Shown here one piece after another: positions 50,206-59,790 of a stretch of 64,000 nt of DNA; position 1 is the stretch's first letter, and every line of letters begins with the position of its first letter. The notes under the pieces were generated by a model. It was not told the DNA's origin, searched no databases, and saw only the letters and a program-made list of their open reading frames with translations. A program made the translations under genes and the position numbers. The DNA comes from an uncultured candidatus Porisulfidus sp. (GTDB lineage Bacteria > Pseudomonadota > Gammaproteobacteria > Poriferisulfidales > Poriferisulfidaceae), in assembly GCA_965116025.1 (NCBI GenBank), contig OZ220480.1, forward strand, positions 1,536,001-1,600,000. Direction: 5' to 3'.

Positions 50206-53200
50206 ATGATCAAGAGTCCGTCCGTTTCCAAGATTCGCGCCGCGCTTCGCGTCGCGTCGTCGTCTTCCCGCGTAAGGGGGGGGGGGGGGGGGCATAGCCT
50301 CCGTTTCCTGACCGTTTTGGCCGGATTGACGGCCGTTCTATCGATTCCGCTTATTCCAAGCTCCGCCGAGGCGGGAACCACGGGGAATTGCGGCACGCCC
50401 AGCACCAACGCGATCACCTGCGGCGACGCGAGCTACACCAAAGACGACGGCTCCCCGATCAAGTATGAGGGTCGGACTGGGGGCCTGACCTTGACCGTGA
50501 AGCCTTCCGGGGCGAGCACGGTCACCATCACCGCCACGAAGCTTCCCGCGACCCCGAGCGAGGCGTTTCCAGGGATCCACCTGGACGGGGAAGGCACTCT
50601 GAAAGTTCTTCTGGATGGCGCCGTGAAAGTCGTGAACGGGGCGACCCGGACGACGGTGGAAGCCACGTACGAGGGAGAGACGGAGACGTTCATCCATCCA
50701 GATCACAAGCTGGGCTCCCAGAACGACGGGGTGTACGTGGCGTACGACAAGGATGACGACCAGGGGACGACGGAGGGCATGGTGGAGGTGATGGTGGGGA
50801 AGGACGCGATGATCGGGAGCGCGACGGCGCCGGCGGGACGGTACGGGGTTCACGCCGCGTTCGTGGACGTGGATGGTGACGAAAACTATCCGGCCGGGAA
50901 GCTCAAGGTGACGAACGCGGGGGAGATATACGGCCATTACGCGGGGATTTACGCGAAGCACGACGGGAAGGGCGACATCGAGATCAAGACAGCGGAGGGG
51001 AGCGTGACATCGATGGGAATCCGGGCGATCTCGAACAAGGCCGACAGAGCGAAGCGGGGCGGGAGCGTCACGATTCGTCATCATGGCCGGATCGTGGTCA
51101 AGAATCCGGTTCGGTATTTGGACTCCTTGAAAACGAACGCGCTGACGACGACCACGCCGTTGGCCGCGGACAAGGCGGACAGCAGTAACCGGATCAGAGG
51201 CGGGGTTTACGTGGAGCATCGAGACGAACCGGAAACCGCCACGAAGGAGCCGAGCAGCTCGATCTTGATCGAGTCGAGCGGCGATATTGATGTCGTCGCC
51301 GATCCGGTGCACAGCATTGGCGTGAACGGGATCGTGGTGGCGACGTATGGGAACGAGAAATCCGTGGTTCCGGTGACGGTCGATGTGACGGGAGGGACGA
51401 TCACGGCGGGCGACCAAGGGAAGAACAGCCGGGGGTCTGGGATTTACGTGTATTCCTATGGTCACGACGGCGGGCTGATCAAGGTGGATCTCGCGGGCGA
51501 GATCGCCCGGACGGGGGGAACGGGAGACGGGATCCGCATTTATCAGGATGGCGATCCCACCGATACCACCGACGTCAATCAGGATATCGAGGTGACGCTG
51601 AAGTCCGGGGCGCGGATCGGGATGGAGGGGGACGAGCCAACCGTGGGTCGGCATGGCGTGTCGGTTGACCAGAGAGTTCCTGGTGGAGCGACCAAGGTGT
51701 CAGTCTCCGAAGGGGCGCGGATCGGAACCGAGGGGACTCCGGTCGGCGTACACGGCGTGTACGCGGTGTCCGACTCCCCTGACGACGAGGGCGCCATCAC
51801 GATCACCAACGAGGGCTACATCCACGCGAAGGGCTCGGGCGTGGTCGCCCTGCATATGGGCTGGGACGACGTGGTCGTGAAGCACCTGGCGGGCGAGATC
51901 GTCGCGGGCGACGCGCCCGATATCCTTGATCGGTTCTCAGAGGATGACAAGCCGAAGCTGGCGGGCCTGAAAGGCAGGACCGCTGGCATCCTCGCCATTC
52001 ATTTGAGCTCGGAGCCCAAGCCGCTTCCCGGCAAGGAGTTCAGCTTCGGCGATCCCTCCACCTACACCACCGAGATCGGGGAGATCAAGATCACGTCGAA
52101 GGCGGACATCACGTCGAAGGGCGACGGAATTCTCGCCTACGTGAAAGACTTTGACGATGTGGGGGGCAGGAGAGCCAAGATGATCGTCCCGATCACGATC
52201 GACGCGTCGGGCGGGACGATCACGGCGGACGGGCATGGGGTCTACGCGGAGACGGCCACCACCTACGACGATGCCACGGAAGCCGGGAAGATAGAGGTCA
52301 CGGTGGGGGAGATGGCGACGATCCGGGCCAAGAAGGACGGGGTGCATGTCAAGGGCATGCGGACCTTCGCGTCCGACCACGCCCGGAAAGGGCAATATGA
52401 CCAGACGGTCACGATCAACGGCAAGGTGATGGGCGGCGGTGGAGACCACGCCGGCGTTCGGATGGTGAAGGGCGGGACGCTGGTGATCGGGAGCGGCGGG
52501 CCGGAGGCGCGGCTCGGGGCGACCTCGGGCGTGGCGGTCCACGCGGACGGGGCTCTGACCATCACGATGAGCAAGACCGCCGACGGGCGCATCGGCTGGG
52601 TCGTGGGGAAGATCCAGAACGGCGACAGCGCCGACACGACCTTCGCGGGCGTGGAAGTGGGGAAGACGTACCTGCTTCAGGATTGGAAGGAGACGAAGGG
52701 GATATTCGACACGACGATCGAGCGGAAGGTGACCTTGAGGGAATACGCGGACGAGGACTATCACGAGTTCGAGCTGGTGTCTCAAGAGGAGATCGTTCGG
52801 GAGTACCATGATCGGGCTCGGGTGTACGAGGCGCTGCCGTCGGTGCTGCTGGAGATGAGCGCGCCAGTCGGTCGCCAGGCGCGCTTGTCGGCGACGCGGG
52901 ACGGCGGGGGCGCGTGGGCGCGGGTTTTGGCGAGCGATGGCGAGCGTGAGGCGGAGACGTCGACGACGGCGATGGACACGGCCGGGCATGATCTGTCTTG
53001 GGACTTCGAGCGCTGGGGCGTGGAGACGGGCTTCGTCGTTCCCACGGACGCGCCGGGGCTTATGCTGGGGGTGAGCGCGCACTACCGTGACGGCGAGGCG
53101 GACGTCGAGCGCGGCGGGAAGATCGAGGTTTCGGGCGTGGGCGTGGGCGCGTCAGCGACCTGGCGGGGTGAGGACGGCTGGTACGCGGACGGGGAACTCT

Positions 53201-53709
53201 CGTACACGCGTTTCGAGGATGTCGATTTGAGTTCGGAGGCGCGCGGGATGGTGGCGTCCGGTCTGGACGGAGAGGGTCACGCGATCGGCGTGGAGGTCGG
53301 CAGGCGGCTGGAGATGGACGGCTTCGCGCTGGTTCCGCGCGGGGGATTGACGTGGACTTGGGTGGATGTCGATGGCTTTGACGACGTGTCGGGCGTTGCT
53401 GGGAGCGGTCGGGCGTCGTTTCGCTCGGAGGACAGTTTCAAGGCGCGGATCGGGGTACTGTTGGAGAACGGCCAGACGTACGCCTCTCTGGATGTGGAGC
53501 ATGAGTTGTCGGAGGATCGCGCCGTGATGGCGTCGGGAGCGCGTTTGCGCTCGGAGGTGGAGTCTACGTGGGCGCGCGTGGGCGTTGGGGGCGTGATGAT
53601 CTTGGATGAGAAGGGAGAGTCGACGCTGTCGGGTGACGCTCACTACGCGGCGTCGGACGGCGACAATCACGATTACGGCGCGAGCGTCCTGCTGAGGGTT
53701 CGCTTCTGA
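50206..53709 (+). CDS. Type Va autotransporter (beta-helical passenger, C-terminal beta-barrel)
   Basis: Extended signal peptide (..SSAEA), Gly/Thr/Val-rich repetitive passenger, YEALP linker, WARV and amphipathic strands, terminal LRVRF. Confidence 0.88.
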   Translation: MIKSPSVSKIRAALRVASSSSRVRGGGGGHSLRFLTVLAGLTAVLSIPLIPSSAEAGTTGNCGTPSTNAITCGDASYTKDDGSPIKYEGRTGGLTLTVKPSGASTVTITATKLPATPSEAFPGIHLDGEGTLKVLLDGAVKVVNGATRTTVEATYEGETETFIHPDHKLGSQNDGVYVAYDKDDDQGTTEGMVEVMVGKDAMIGSATAPAGRYGVHAAFVDVDGDENYPAGKLKVTNAGEIYGHYAGIYAKHDGKGDIEIKTAEGSVTSMGIRAISNKADRAKRGGSVTIRHHGRIVVKNPVRYLDSLKTNALTTTTPLAADKADSSNRIRGGVYVEHRDEPETATKEPSSSILIESSGDIDVVADPVHSIGVNGIVVATYGNEKSVVPVTVDVTGGTITAGDQGKNSRGSGIYVYSYGHDGGLIKVDLAGEIARTGGTGDGIRIYQDGDPTDTTDVNQDIEVTLKSGARIGMEGDEPTVGRHGVSVDQRVPGGATKVSVSEGARIGTEGTPVGVHGVYAVSDSPDDEGAITITNEGYIHAKGSGVVALHMGWDDVVVKHLAGEIVAGDAPDILDRFSEDDKPKLAGLKGRTAGILAIHLSSEPKPLPGKEFSFGDPSTYTTEIGEIKITSKADITSKGDGILAYVKDFDDVGGRRAKMIVPITIDASGGTITADGHGVYAETATTYDDATEAGKIEVTVGEMATIRAKKDGVHVKGMRTFASDHARKGQYDQTVTINGKVMGGGGDHAGVRMVKGGTLVIGSGGPEARLGATSGVAVHADGALTITMSKTADGRIGWVVGKIQNGDSADTTFAGVEVGKTYLLQDWKETKGIFDTTIERKVTLREYADEDYHEFELVSQEEIVREYHDRARVYEALPSVLLEMSAPVGRQARLSATRDGGGAWARVLASDGEREAETSTTAMDTAGHDLSWDFERWGVETGFVVPTDAPGLMLGVSAHYRDGEADVERGGKIEVSGVGVGASATWRGEDGWYADGELSYTRFEDVDLSSEARGMVASGLDGEGHAIGVEVGRRLEMDGFALVPRGGLTWTWVDVDGFDDVSGVAGSGRASFRSEDSFKARIGVLLENGQTYASLDVEHELSEDRAVMASGARLRSEVESTWARVGVGGVMILDEKGESTLSGDAHYAASDGDNHDYGASVLLRVRF
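50276..50292 (+). repeat. G17 homopolymer in the autotransporter 5' coding region
   Basis: 17 consecutive G counted; currently in frame (RGGGGG). Confidence 0.9.
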
Positions 53710-53989
53710 TCGACTTGTGATCGCGACCCCGGCGTTTCAAGCCGGGGCCGTGAATCAAATTCGAATCCGCTTCTTGCCGACGGGACGTTCCCCTTGTTGA
53801 TTTAACGATCATTCTCCGGCTCGCGTCGTGAAAGAGGGAAGGATTGACGCGGGCTGGATTTTGGAGGAGAAGCGTTTTGGCAGGTTGTACGAGTGATTCC
53901 GCCAACCTGCCGGAGAATCGGGATTTTCGATCAATGCCAAGGGTTCTGGCGATGTGGAGGATGCCTTTCGAGTTAGCGCGATTTTTGGG

Positions 53990-54150
53990 TACGGCTGATT
54001 TCCTAATGGACCCCGAACTCGTTCGGACGTGATCGCGTGAGAACCGGACGCGCGGACGGCGGTTATCGAGAGCTTGGCCATTTCAGATATCCGCCGTGAT
54101 CAAGGCGAACCAGTCAACTTTCTCCGTTCCGACCTATGTCCGCAGACGCT
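53990..54150 (+). mobile_element. Possible degraded IS3-family remnant
   Basis: ELVRT resembles IS3 OrfA; IKANQSTFSVPT resembles the IS3 OrfB start; broken by stops and frameshifts. Confidence 0.3.
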
Positions 54151-54291
54151 TCCGCTTTCCTGTTCAACAGACTCGAAGGCGTTTCGCGTCAACAGCTGAG
54201 CCGGATTGCCGGCTCGATCACGTTTCAGCCTATCTCACCCACCTCCGTCCGAAGCGATTTTTCCCAGAGTGTCGTCTTCGAAGGACAGGGT

Positions 54292-54729
54292 ATGATGAGC
54301 GGCAAGGTGGCGCGCCCAATGTTTCGTTCCATGATTGAGGCCGAAGACGCTTTCTACGATGCGTTCGCCCGGCAGGATGTCGATGCCATGATGAAAGTGT
54401 GGGCGGCGGATCGCTCCATTCTCTGTATTCATCCAGGTGGCCCCTTGTTGACTGGGCGCGCCGAAATCGAGGAGAGCTGGAGGCAGATCTTTCAGGCGGA
54501 AACACCGTTCCGCTTTGAGCGAGAGTATCGCTATCGGGACGAATTCGCCGACCGGTTCGCCGTCAGCCATCTAGCCGAAACCCTGTACCTGCGTCAACAC
54601 GTCGTCGGTATCGTGCTGGCGACTAATATTTATCGTGGGGACGATGAGGGCTGGCGGATGATCATGCATCATGCCTCGCCTTCACCCGGCCCGGACGGGC
54701 CAGAGCCGGAAGTTCCTGTTCTGCACTGA
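54292..54729 (+). CDS. NTF2 / SnoaL-like protein
   Basis: AEDAFYDAF, MMKVW, CIHPGG, SWRQIF, ATNIY, WRMIMHHAS. Confidence 0.85.
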   Translation: MMSGKVARPMFRSMIEAEDAFYDAFARQDVDAMMKVWAADRSILCIHPGGPLLTGRAEIEESWRQIFQAETPFRFEREYRYRDEFADRFAVSHLAETLYLRQHVVGIVLATNIYRGDDEGWRMIMHHASPSPGPDGPEPEVPVLH

Positions 54730-54804
54730 TCCGGCTCTTCACAGGAGCGTTTTGGGCAAGTGATCGATCTTGGCCCCTGAAGAATTTCCCCGGCGGGGCC
54801 CCGT

Positions 54805-55885
54805 TCAGTCGAGCTTCACGCCGAGCGCGTCCAGAGCTTGGCGTTGCGGACCGTGCGGCGTGGTCGTCATCTTGAACGACGGCGAGCTCGAGCCAACCTT
54901 GAGCATGCTTTTGTGGATGGTCGCTAGGTTGCTCATGAAGATGCGGAAATCGTCCGGCGAGGCTTTCATTCGGTCGCGTATGTGACAACACCACATGCAT
55001 GCTGCGCCAGCATGCATAGAATCGCGTAGGCGGGTGCCCGGTCAGCGACCTCGTGGAATTTCGGTCGCTCGTCAAATTCCAACATCTTGTTCAGCTCGCG
55101 GAAGGCGTGCTTGATCCGGTTAATCTCCTGGCAGATGGCCGTCGTGGCCCCTGCATCCAGCCCCGTTGGCTCGACCTCTTCCCGGAAGCGGGCTTCGGCC
55201 ATCCTTCCTAAGCCTCCTACCGGAATTATCCGATCCAGGCCGAGACGCTCTCGAAGTTGGTTGATTCGCGCTTCCGTCGAAGCGGGGTCGGTGGCGCGGT
55301 CCTCAAGCACGTCCACTGCGAGCGGGTGGCCTTCCTGGTCGTATAGAAGGCTGAATTTCATCCGAAATCTGCCTCGCCAGCGAGGCTCGAGATCCAGCGG
55401 GTCAGGGTCCCAGAAAAGGGAACGCGAATCTTCTTGACACACCGGAATCTGGTCCTTCAGATCCACTGGAGTCAGGTCGTACAGCGCCCTCGCTCCGTCC
55501 CGGAGATGGTGCTGGACCAACTCTCGCTCGATCTGTTCTTGCCACGACGGCGACCAGTTCATGGCGGCTTGAAGGTCGTCCTCGTCGATGAGGCTGAGGC
55601 CCAGCTGATCGGCCAGGACGTCGCGCTTGATTATTGGGTCCGAACTTTCGGGAGTAGCCTGGCGTGATGATCGAATTCAGGGCGCGTCTCGCTTCGGGCT
55701 AGGCCTCGTCGCTGTCCAGCAGAAGGTCCAGTCGCAGGTCGCGCAGGACGGCGATCGTCGCGGCGATGTCTCCGTATCTTCGGGAAAGAGCGCATCGGAA
55801 TCTTTGAGATTGACGATCATGGATTTGTCAGTGGATGATTTCATGAATGTGAAGCGTAATAGTAAGGGTTGTTCTATAGAGACAT
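54805..55885 (-). pseudogene. Degenerate IS1634-family transposase (frameshifts and large deletions)
   Basis: Recognisable blocks: YGDIAA, DEDDLQAAMNW, LYDLT, EGHPLAVDV, LRERLGLDRII, AILCMLA, TTTPHGPQRQALDALGV. Confidence 0.75.
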
Positions 55886-55910
55886 AGATCCTTGGCTTCG
55901 GATTGATTGC

Positions 55911-56032
55911 CGAATTAGCCAGAATTCACCAGAATCGGAAGGATATAGCACAGAATATTGATTCATAAAGTTTTTTTACTATCCTCTTGATCGCCTGAGT
56001 TCGATTAAGCCAGATTAAGCCGGGATTAAGCC
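55911..56032. repeat. Two clusters of ~10-bp phased direct repeats
   Basis: GAAT at 55912/55922/55932; GATTAAGCC at 56003/56013/56024. Confidence 0.7.
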
Positions 56033-57439
56033 AGGGGGCCCGTTCGTCTTGATTTCCAGCGAGCTCCTCGACCATGGCCGATCAATTCCGCGAATTTTTT
56101 TGACCGCAGAATGGCGAGATCTTCTCGCAAACGACGCTCATTCGCTCGCGGTCCGATCAAAGAGCGAATTTCTCGGAGGGCGAGCGCTCGCTCGGAACCT
56201 CGCAACAGTCGAAGAATCGCGTACTGTTGCTCTGTTAGATGAGTCTCGTTCCGCTGAAGCATAGAGTCGAGGTTTCGCCGGAAGCGCACGGTCACGCAGT
56301 CGTTTCTCTCTTCGATCTCGGGGTGGGGCAACCCAGCGTCGGTCGCTAGTTCCGCCATTTTGATGGTGCCGAGTCCCCATTCCTCAATGATGCCGCGCCG
56401 GTGGAAGGTCCTGGAGATTAGAGGATTCCAGGGCTTCGATTCATGCGGGATGAACAGGTCGTCTGGCGTGAGCCCGAAATGCAGCGGGCCAGCCGACGTG
56501 ATCTCTAGCCGGTCGTCGTAAACCGCGAGTCCGATGGAGCCACCACTGATGGCGTAGTCGTGGTGACAAATAGCGTTGGCCACCGCTTCTCGTATCGCCA
56601 TGAAAGGGTAGAGCGGCTCATCGATACGGGTGAATTGGTCTGGCGCGAAGCGGCTGGTGATGGGGATGGTCTCGCGCAGGAATCGCTCGGCGTGGGAAAG
56701 CAACGCGAAGGCGTTGCCTACGAACTGGCGGTTGTCGAGGAATCTCGAGCGATCAAGACCCCGGAACCGGGCGACGCGGAGCAGGCACTGCGGCATGTCG
56801 GACTCGATGCGCTCCTCGCTTCCGAACAGCGCCGTGGCCGCCCGCGACAGGGCCCCGTCGTGAAGCAGCCCAAGCTTTCGTAGCAAATCTTCCGGATCGC
56901 GGGAGCCCGGCTCATCCAGACGACCGACGCGCGCTGCGTCGGCGACCATGTTCTGGATTTCCGCCACATCCAGATCCTTGACCGACCATCCGTCGGCAGG
57001 TTGGTTTTCCCACCGCCGCTCGCCGTGCATGCGCTCGAAAAGAATACGGTGGTATTCGTCGGTGGACATGGTCCGTGTAGCGTTGCCGACGCGTCGATAG
57101 GCGACGCCGCGATACCGGTATGGCGCCGAGCCGCCGGGGCGTACGTGAACAGCGATCACTTCCCGCGTTCCATCCAAGCGAATTCTCTCGATCTCCGGGA
57201 ACGCGGGAGGATCGATTCTCTGGATTTCGGCGCTCACTTCCTCAATCGTCCGCTCGCCGACATGCTGACCCACGACGTTCCCGTCAGGGTCGATGCCGAA
57301 GAGCACGAGGCCACCCTTATGATTGAGCATGGCGCAGGCCGTCGCCACGGCCTCCCGCCGCGTTCCTGTGGTGGTCTTGAACTCGAGTTCGCCCAACTCC
57401 CCGGACGCGGCCCATCGTTTCGACCTGCTCAGGAGTCAT
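56026..57439 (-). CDS. Schlafen/AlbA_2 + HATPase_c_4 + wHTH protein, apparently frameshifted near the start (open frame 56026-57396)
   Basis: ELGELEFK, CAMLNHKGG..LFGI, REAVANAICHHDY, DDRLEI, NPLI, IEEWGLG, C-terminal wHTH; ATG at 57439 is one base out of frame. Confidence 0.85.
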
Positions 57440-57643
57440 GAATCATCGCTTTCGTGCAGGCTCGCCACCCGCGCGGCTCCAAGGTCTCGCTATCGGTCTT
57501 GGAGCGATGATATCGGTTCGCGCGCGCGTCTTTCATGGCAAGCATAAGATTATCGCGCTCCCTGATGATTCTGGCTAAACAAGAGAACGAATATCATAAA
57601 AAATTCAATTTCATCAACTGCATAAATAAATTCTCAAAATTTT

Positions 57644-58816
57644 TTAATAAGAATTCTCATCCAAGGACCGTAGCCCTTTCCGGTAGAGCTCTCGCGCGGC
57701 CTCGCTCTCGCCCATCCGCTCCAGGGTCTCCGCCAGTTCCCGATACAGCATGGGGCTTCCGCGCACTTTCTCCGCCACCTCCAGCTGCTCCCGGGCCTCC
57801 GAGAACTGGTCCAAGCGGTTATGCAGTCGCGCCAGAGCGATTCTCAGTGAAACGCGGTCTGGATCCCGTTCCAGCCATTTCCGGACTTTCTTGATCATGC
57901 TCGGGTTAACAGGGCCAGGAATCGTTCCGTACAGATCGATCACCGCATCGTCGAGACGCTTGTCCAGCGTCTCGCGCAGGTGTTGCTCCAACTCTGGATG
58001 CGACAGCCCAAGCTCTCGGAGCCGCCCAGCGTAGTGGCGCAAGACTTCCGGATCGTCGCGCGCTTCCCCGAGTTTTGGCCACAAAGACTTCAATTCCACT
58101 TCCCCGGCGTCCTCGCACAGATGGCGGGCGGCGTCGCGCAGCCATTCTTGGGTTTCGGCCCGCGGCGAATTCTCGCGCCGCGCCCGCTCGCGTCCCAGCT
58201 CGAGCAGTCGCTCCCAGCCGCGCAATTCCCGATAGCAACGCGCCAGTTGCCTCGGGATCCGAGGATCGTCCGGACGATCACCCGCCAGCACCTGCAGGAC
58301 GGCCAGAGCCTCCTCCCATTCTTCCGCGGCGATCAGGCCATCCGCCTTGAGCCGGACGCTCGCCGCCTGGCTGTCGGGATCCGTGAGGGAGAGCAGGTGC
58401 GCTTTCCATGCGTCCCGGTCGCCGGACCGAATGCAGGCTGATGCGGCCAGCAGGCGAAGAATCTCCCGCCCCGATTCCATTCGCGCCGCCCGCTCCAGGC
58501 TCTGCCGCGCGCTCTCCGGGCGATCTTCCAGAAGTTCGCGCAGACCCCGCGCGAGCAGGGCGTCGACGCGGGCGCGGCGGCGCTCTCGGTATCGCTTCCG
58601 GACGCGTCGCGGGGTCTCTAGCGCCCGCGCCAGCGCTCCCACGAGGGTAAGCGCCCCGAAGACCGTCGCGATGCCGAGCAGCAGAGCCATCAGCAGAGAG
58701 GCTCGGATCGTGCGGTCGCCCACATGCGCGATAACCTCGCCACCCTGGATTTGGGTGGTCCAGACAGCCAGACCGGTCACGAGCAACGCCACGAAGATCA
58801 GCGCCAGGGCTTTCAT
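57644..58816 (-). CDS. hemY: HemY N-terminal-domain / TPR membrane protein
   Basis: Two N-terminal TMs and TPR-like repeats; last gene of hemCDXY. Confidence 0.75.
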   Translation of the reverse strand: MKALALIFVALLVTGLAVWTTQIQGGEVIAHVGDRTIRASLLMALLLGIATVFGALTLVGALARALETPRRVRKRYRERRRARVDALLARGLRELLEDRPESARQSLERAARMESGREILRLLAASACIRSGDRDAWKAHLLSLTDPDSQAASVRLKADGLIAAEEWEEALAVLQVLAGDRPDDPRIPRQLARCYRELRGWERLLELGRERARRENSPRAETQEWLRDAARHLCEDAGEVELKSLWPKLGEARDDPEVLRHYAGRLRELGLSHPELEQHLRETLDKRLDDAVIDLYGTIPGPVNPSMIKKVRKWLERDPDRVSLRIALARLHNRLDQFSEAREQLEVAEKVRGSPMLYRELAETLERMGESEAARELYRKGLRSLDENSY

Positions 58817-59790
58817 CGGTTCGGCGCCAAGTTTCGGGTTAGTTGCTCGAAATCAATGGAAGGCGGGAACGGATTCCGCTCGCGCAACTCCTCCAAATCG
58901 CGCTTCAGCGCCGGATAGCTGTCCTTGAGCGCAGGTTGCGAAAGCAAGGTCAGGACTCGCTCCAAAGATTGCATGTAGGAATCGGAGCGGTGGGATTGCA
59001 AGGCGAGACGCGCCAAGTACAGTTCGGTTTGCGCGGCATGCAGGGTTAGGATGTGCTGGTAGGCCGAAATGGTCCGCACCGCCTCGGGCGCGCCGCGTCG
59101 CGTTTCCAGATGCTCGTCGAAATGCTCGACGAGGGAATCCCAGATACGGTCCCAGCCGCTGGCGGGAAGGGTCCGGTTCTGTCGCTCGACTTCCGTCCGC
59201 AACTGCGCGGCTCTCTCGCTCAGCACGAGCCAGCTCCCGGTCAGGATGCGGTGCGCGTGTTCCGCCTCCTCGCCTCGATAGCCCTCCAAGGTCGCGATCG
59301 CCTGGTCCACCTGCTGTATCAGGGTGTGGTAGTGAACCGGATCCAGGGACTCCAGAGCTTGCCGGGCTTGGCGCAGGGCGCTCAGCGTGCCGAGAGAGTC
59401 TTGGAGATAGTTTTGCTTGTACCGCGCGATCTGCAACAGGAAAGAGAGCTCCTCGACAGGATATTGGCGCGGGTCTGGCGCGGTCGAGATCGGGGCCAGT
59501 TTTCGTCGTAGCAGGGTCTCGTAGGTCGTGTAGCGGATTCGCAACTCTTCCAGGAACTGGTCCACCAGGGCCTGGGTTCGAACTTGCTCCTCAGAGATGC
59601 CGGTCAGGCGCCGATCGACCTCCATCAGCGCTTGGTGCGCCGATTTGTGGGTCTCGATCTGGCGGTCGCGCAACTCCAGGAAACGAGTTTGATTGTCAGT
59701 CCACAGCGCGTGCAGAAGAACGCCGCCCGCGATCAGGCCCAGCCAGCCGATCAGACCGACGGCGACGCCTAGTCGCGTGGCGCGGTTCAT
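58813..59790 (-). CDS. hemX: HemX-like membrane-anchored coiled-coil protein
   Basis: N-terminal TM, coiled coil, FLLQIA, ARLAL; position between hemD and hemY. Confidence 0.65.
   Translation of the reverse strand: MNRATRLGVAVGLIGWLGLIAGGVLLHALWTDNQTRFLELRDRQIETHKSAHQALMEVDRRLTGISEEQVRTQALVDQFLEELRIRYTTYETLLRRKLAPISTAPDPRQYPVEELSFLLQIARYKQNYLQDSLGTLSALRQARQALESLDPVHYHTLIQQVDQAIATLEGYRGEEAEHAHRILTGSWLVLSERAAQLRTEVERQNRTLPASGWDRIWDSLVEHFDEHLETRRGAPEAVRTISAYQHILTLHAAQTELYLARLALQSHRSDSYMQSLERVLTLLSQPALKDSYPALKRDLEELRERNPFPPSIDFEQLTRNLAPNR

Noticed and set aside
50059-53728. ATCGCGACC on both sides of the autotransporter as a target-site duplication
   Set aside because: Only 9 bp and GC-rich; a chance match is plausible
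53727-53747. Hairpin after the autotransporter as an intrinsic terminator
   Set aside because: A 7-bp stem with no U-tract; not enough to call
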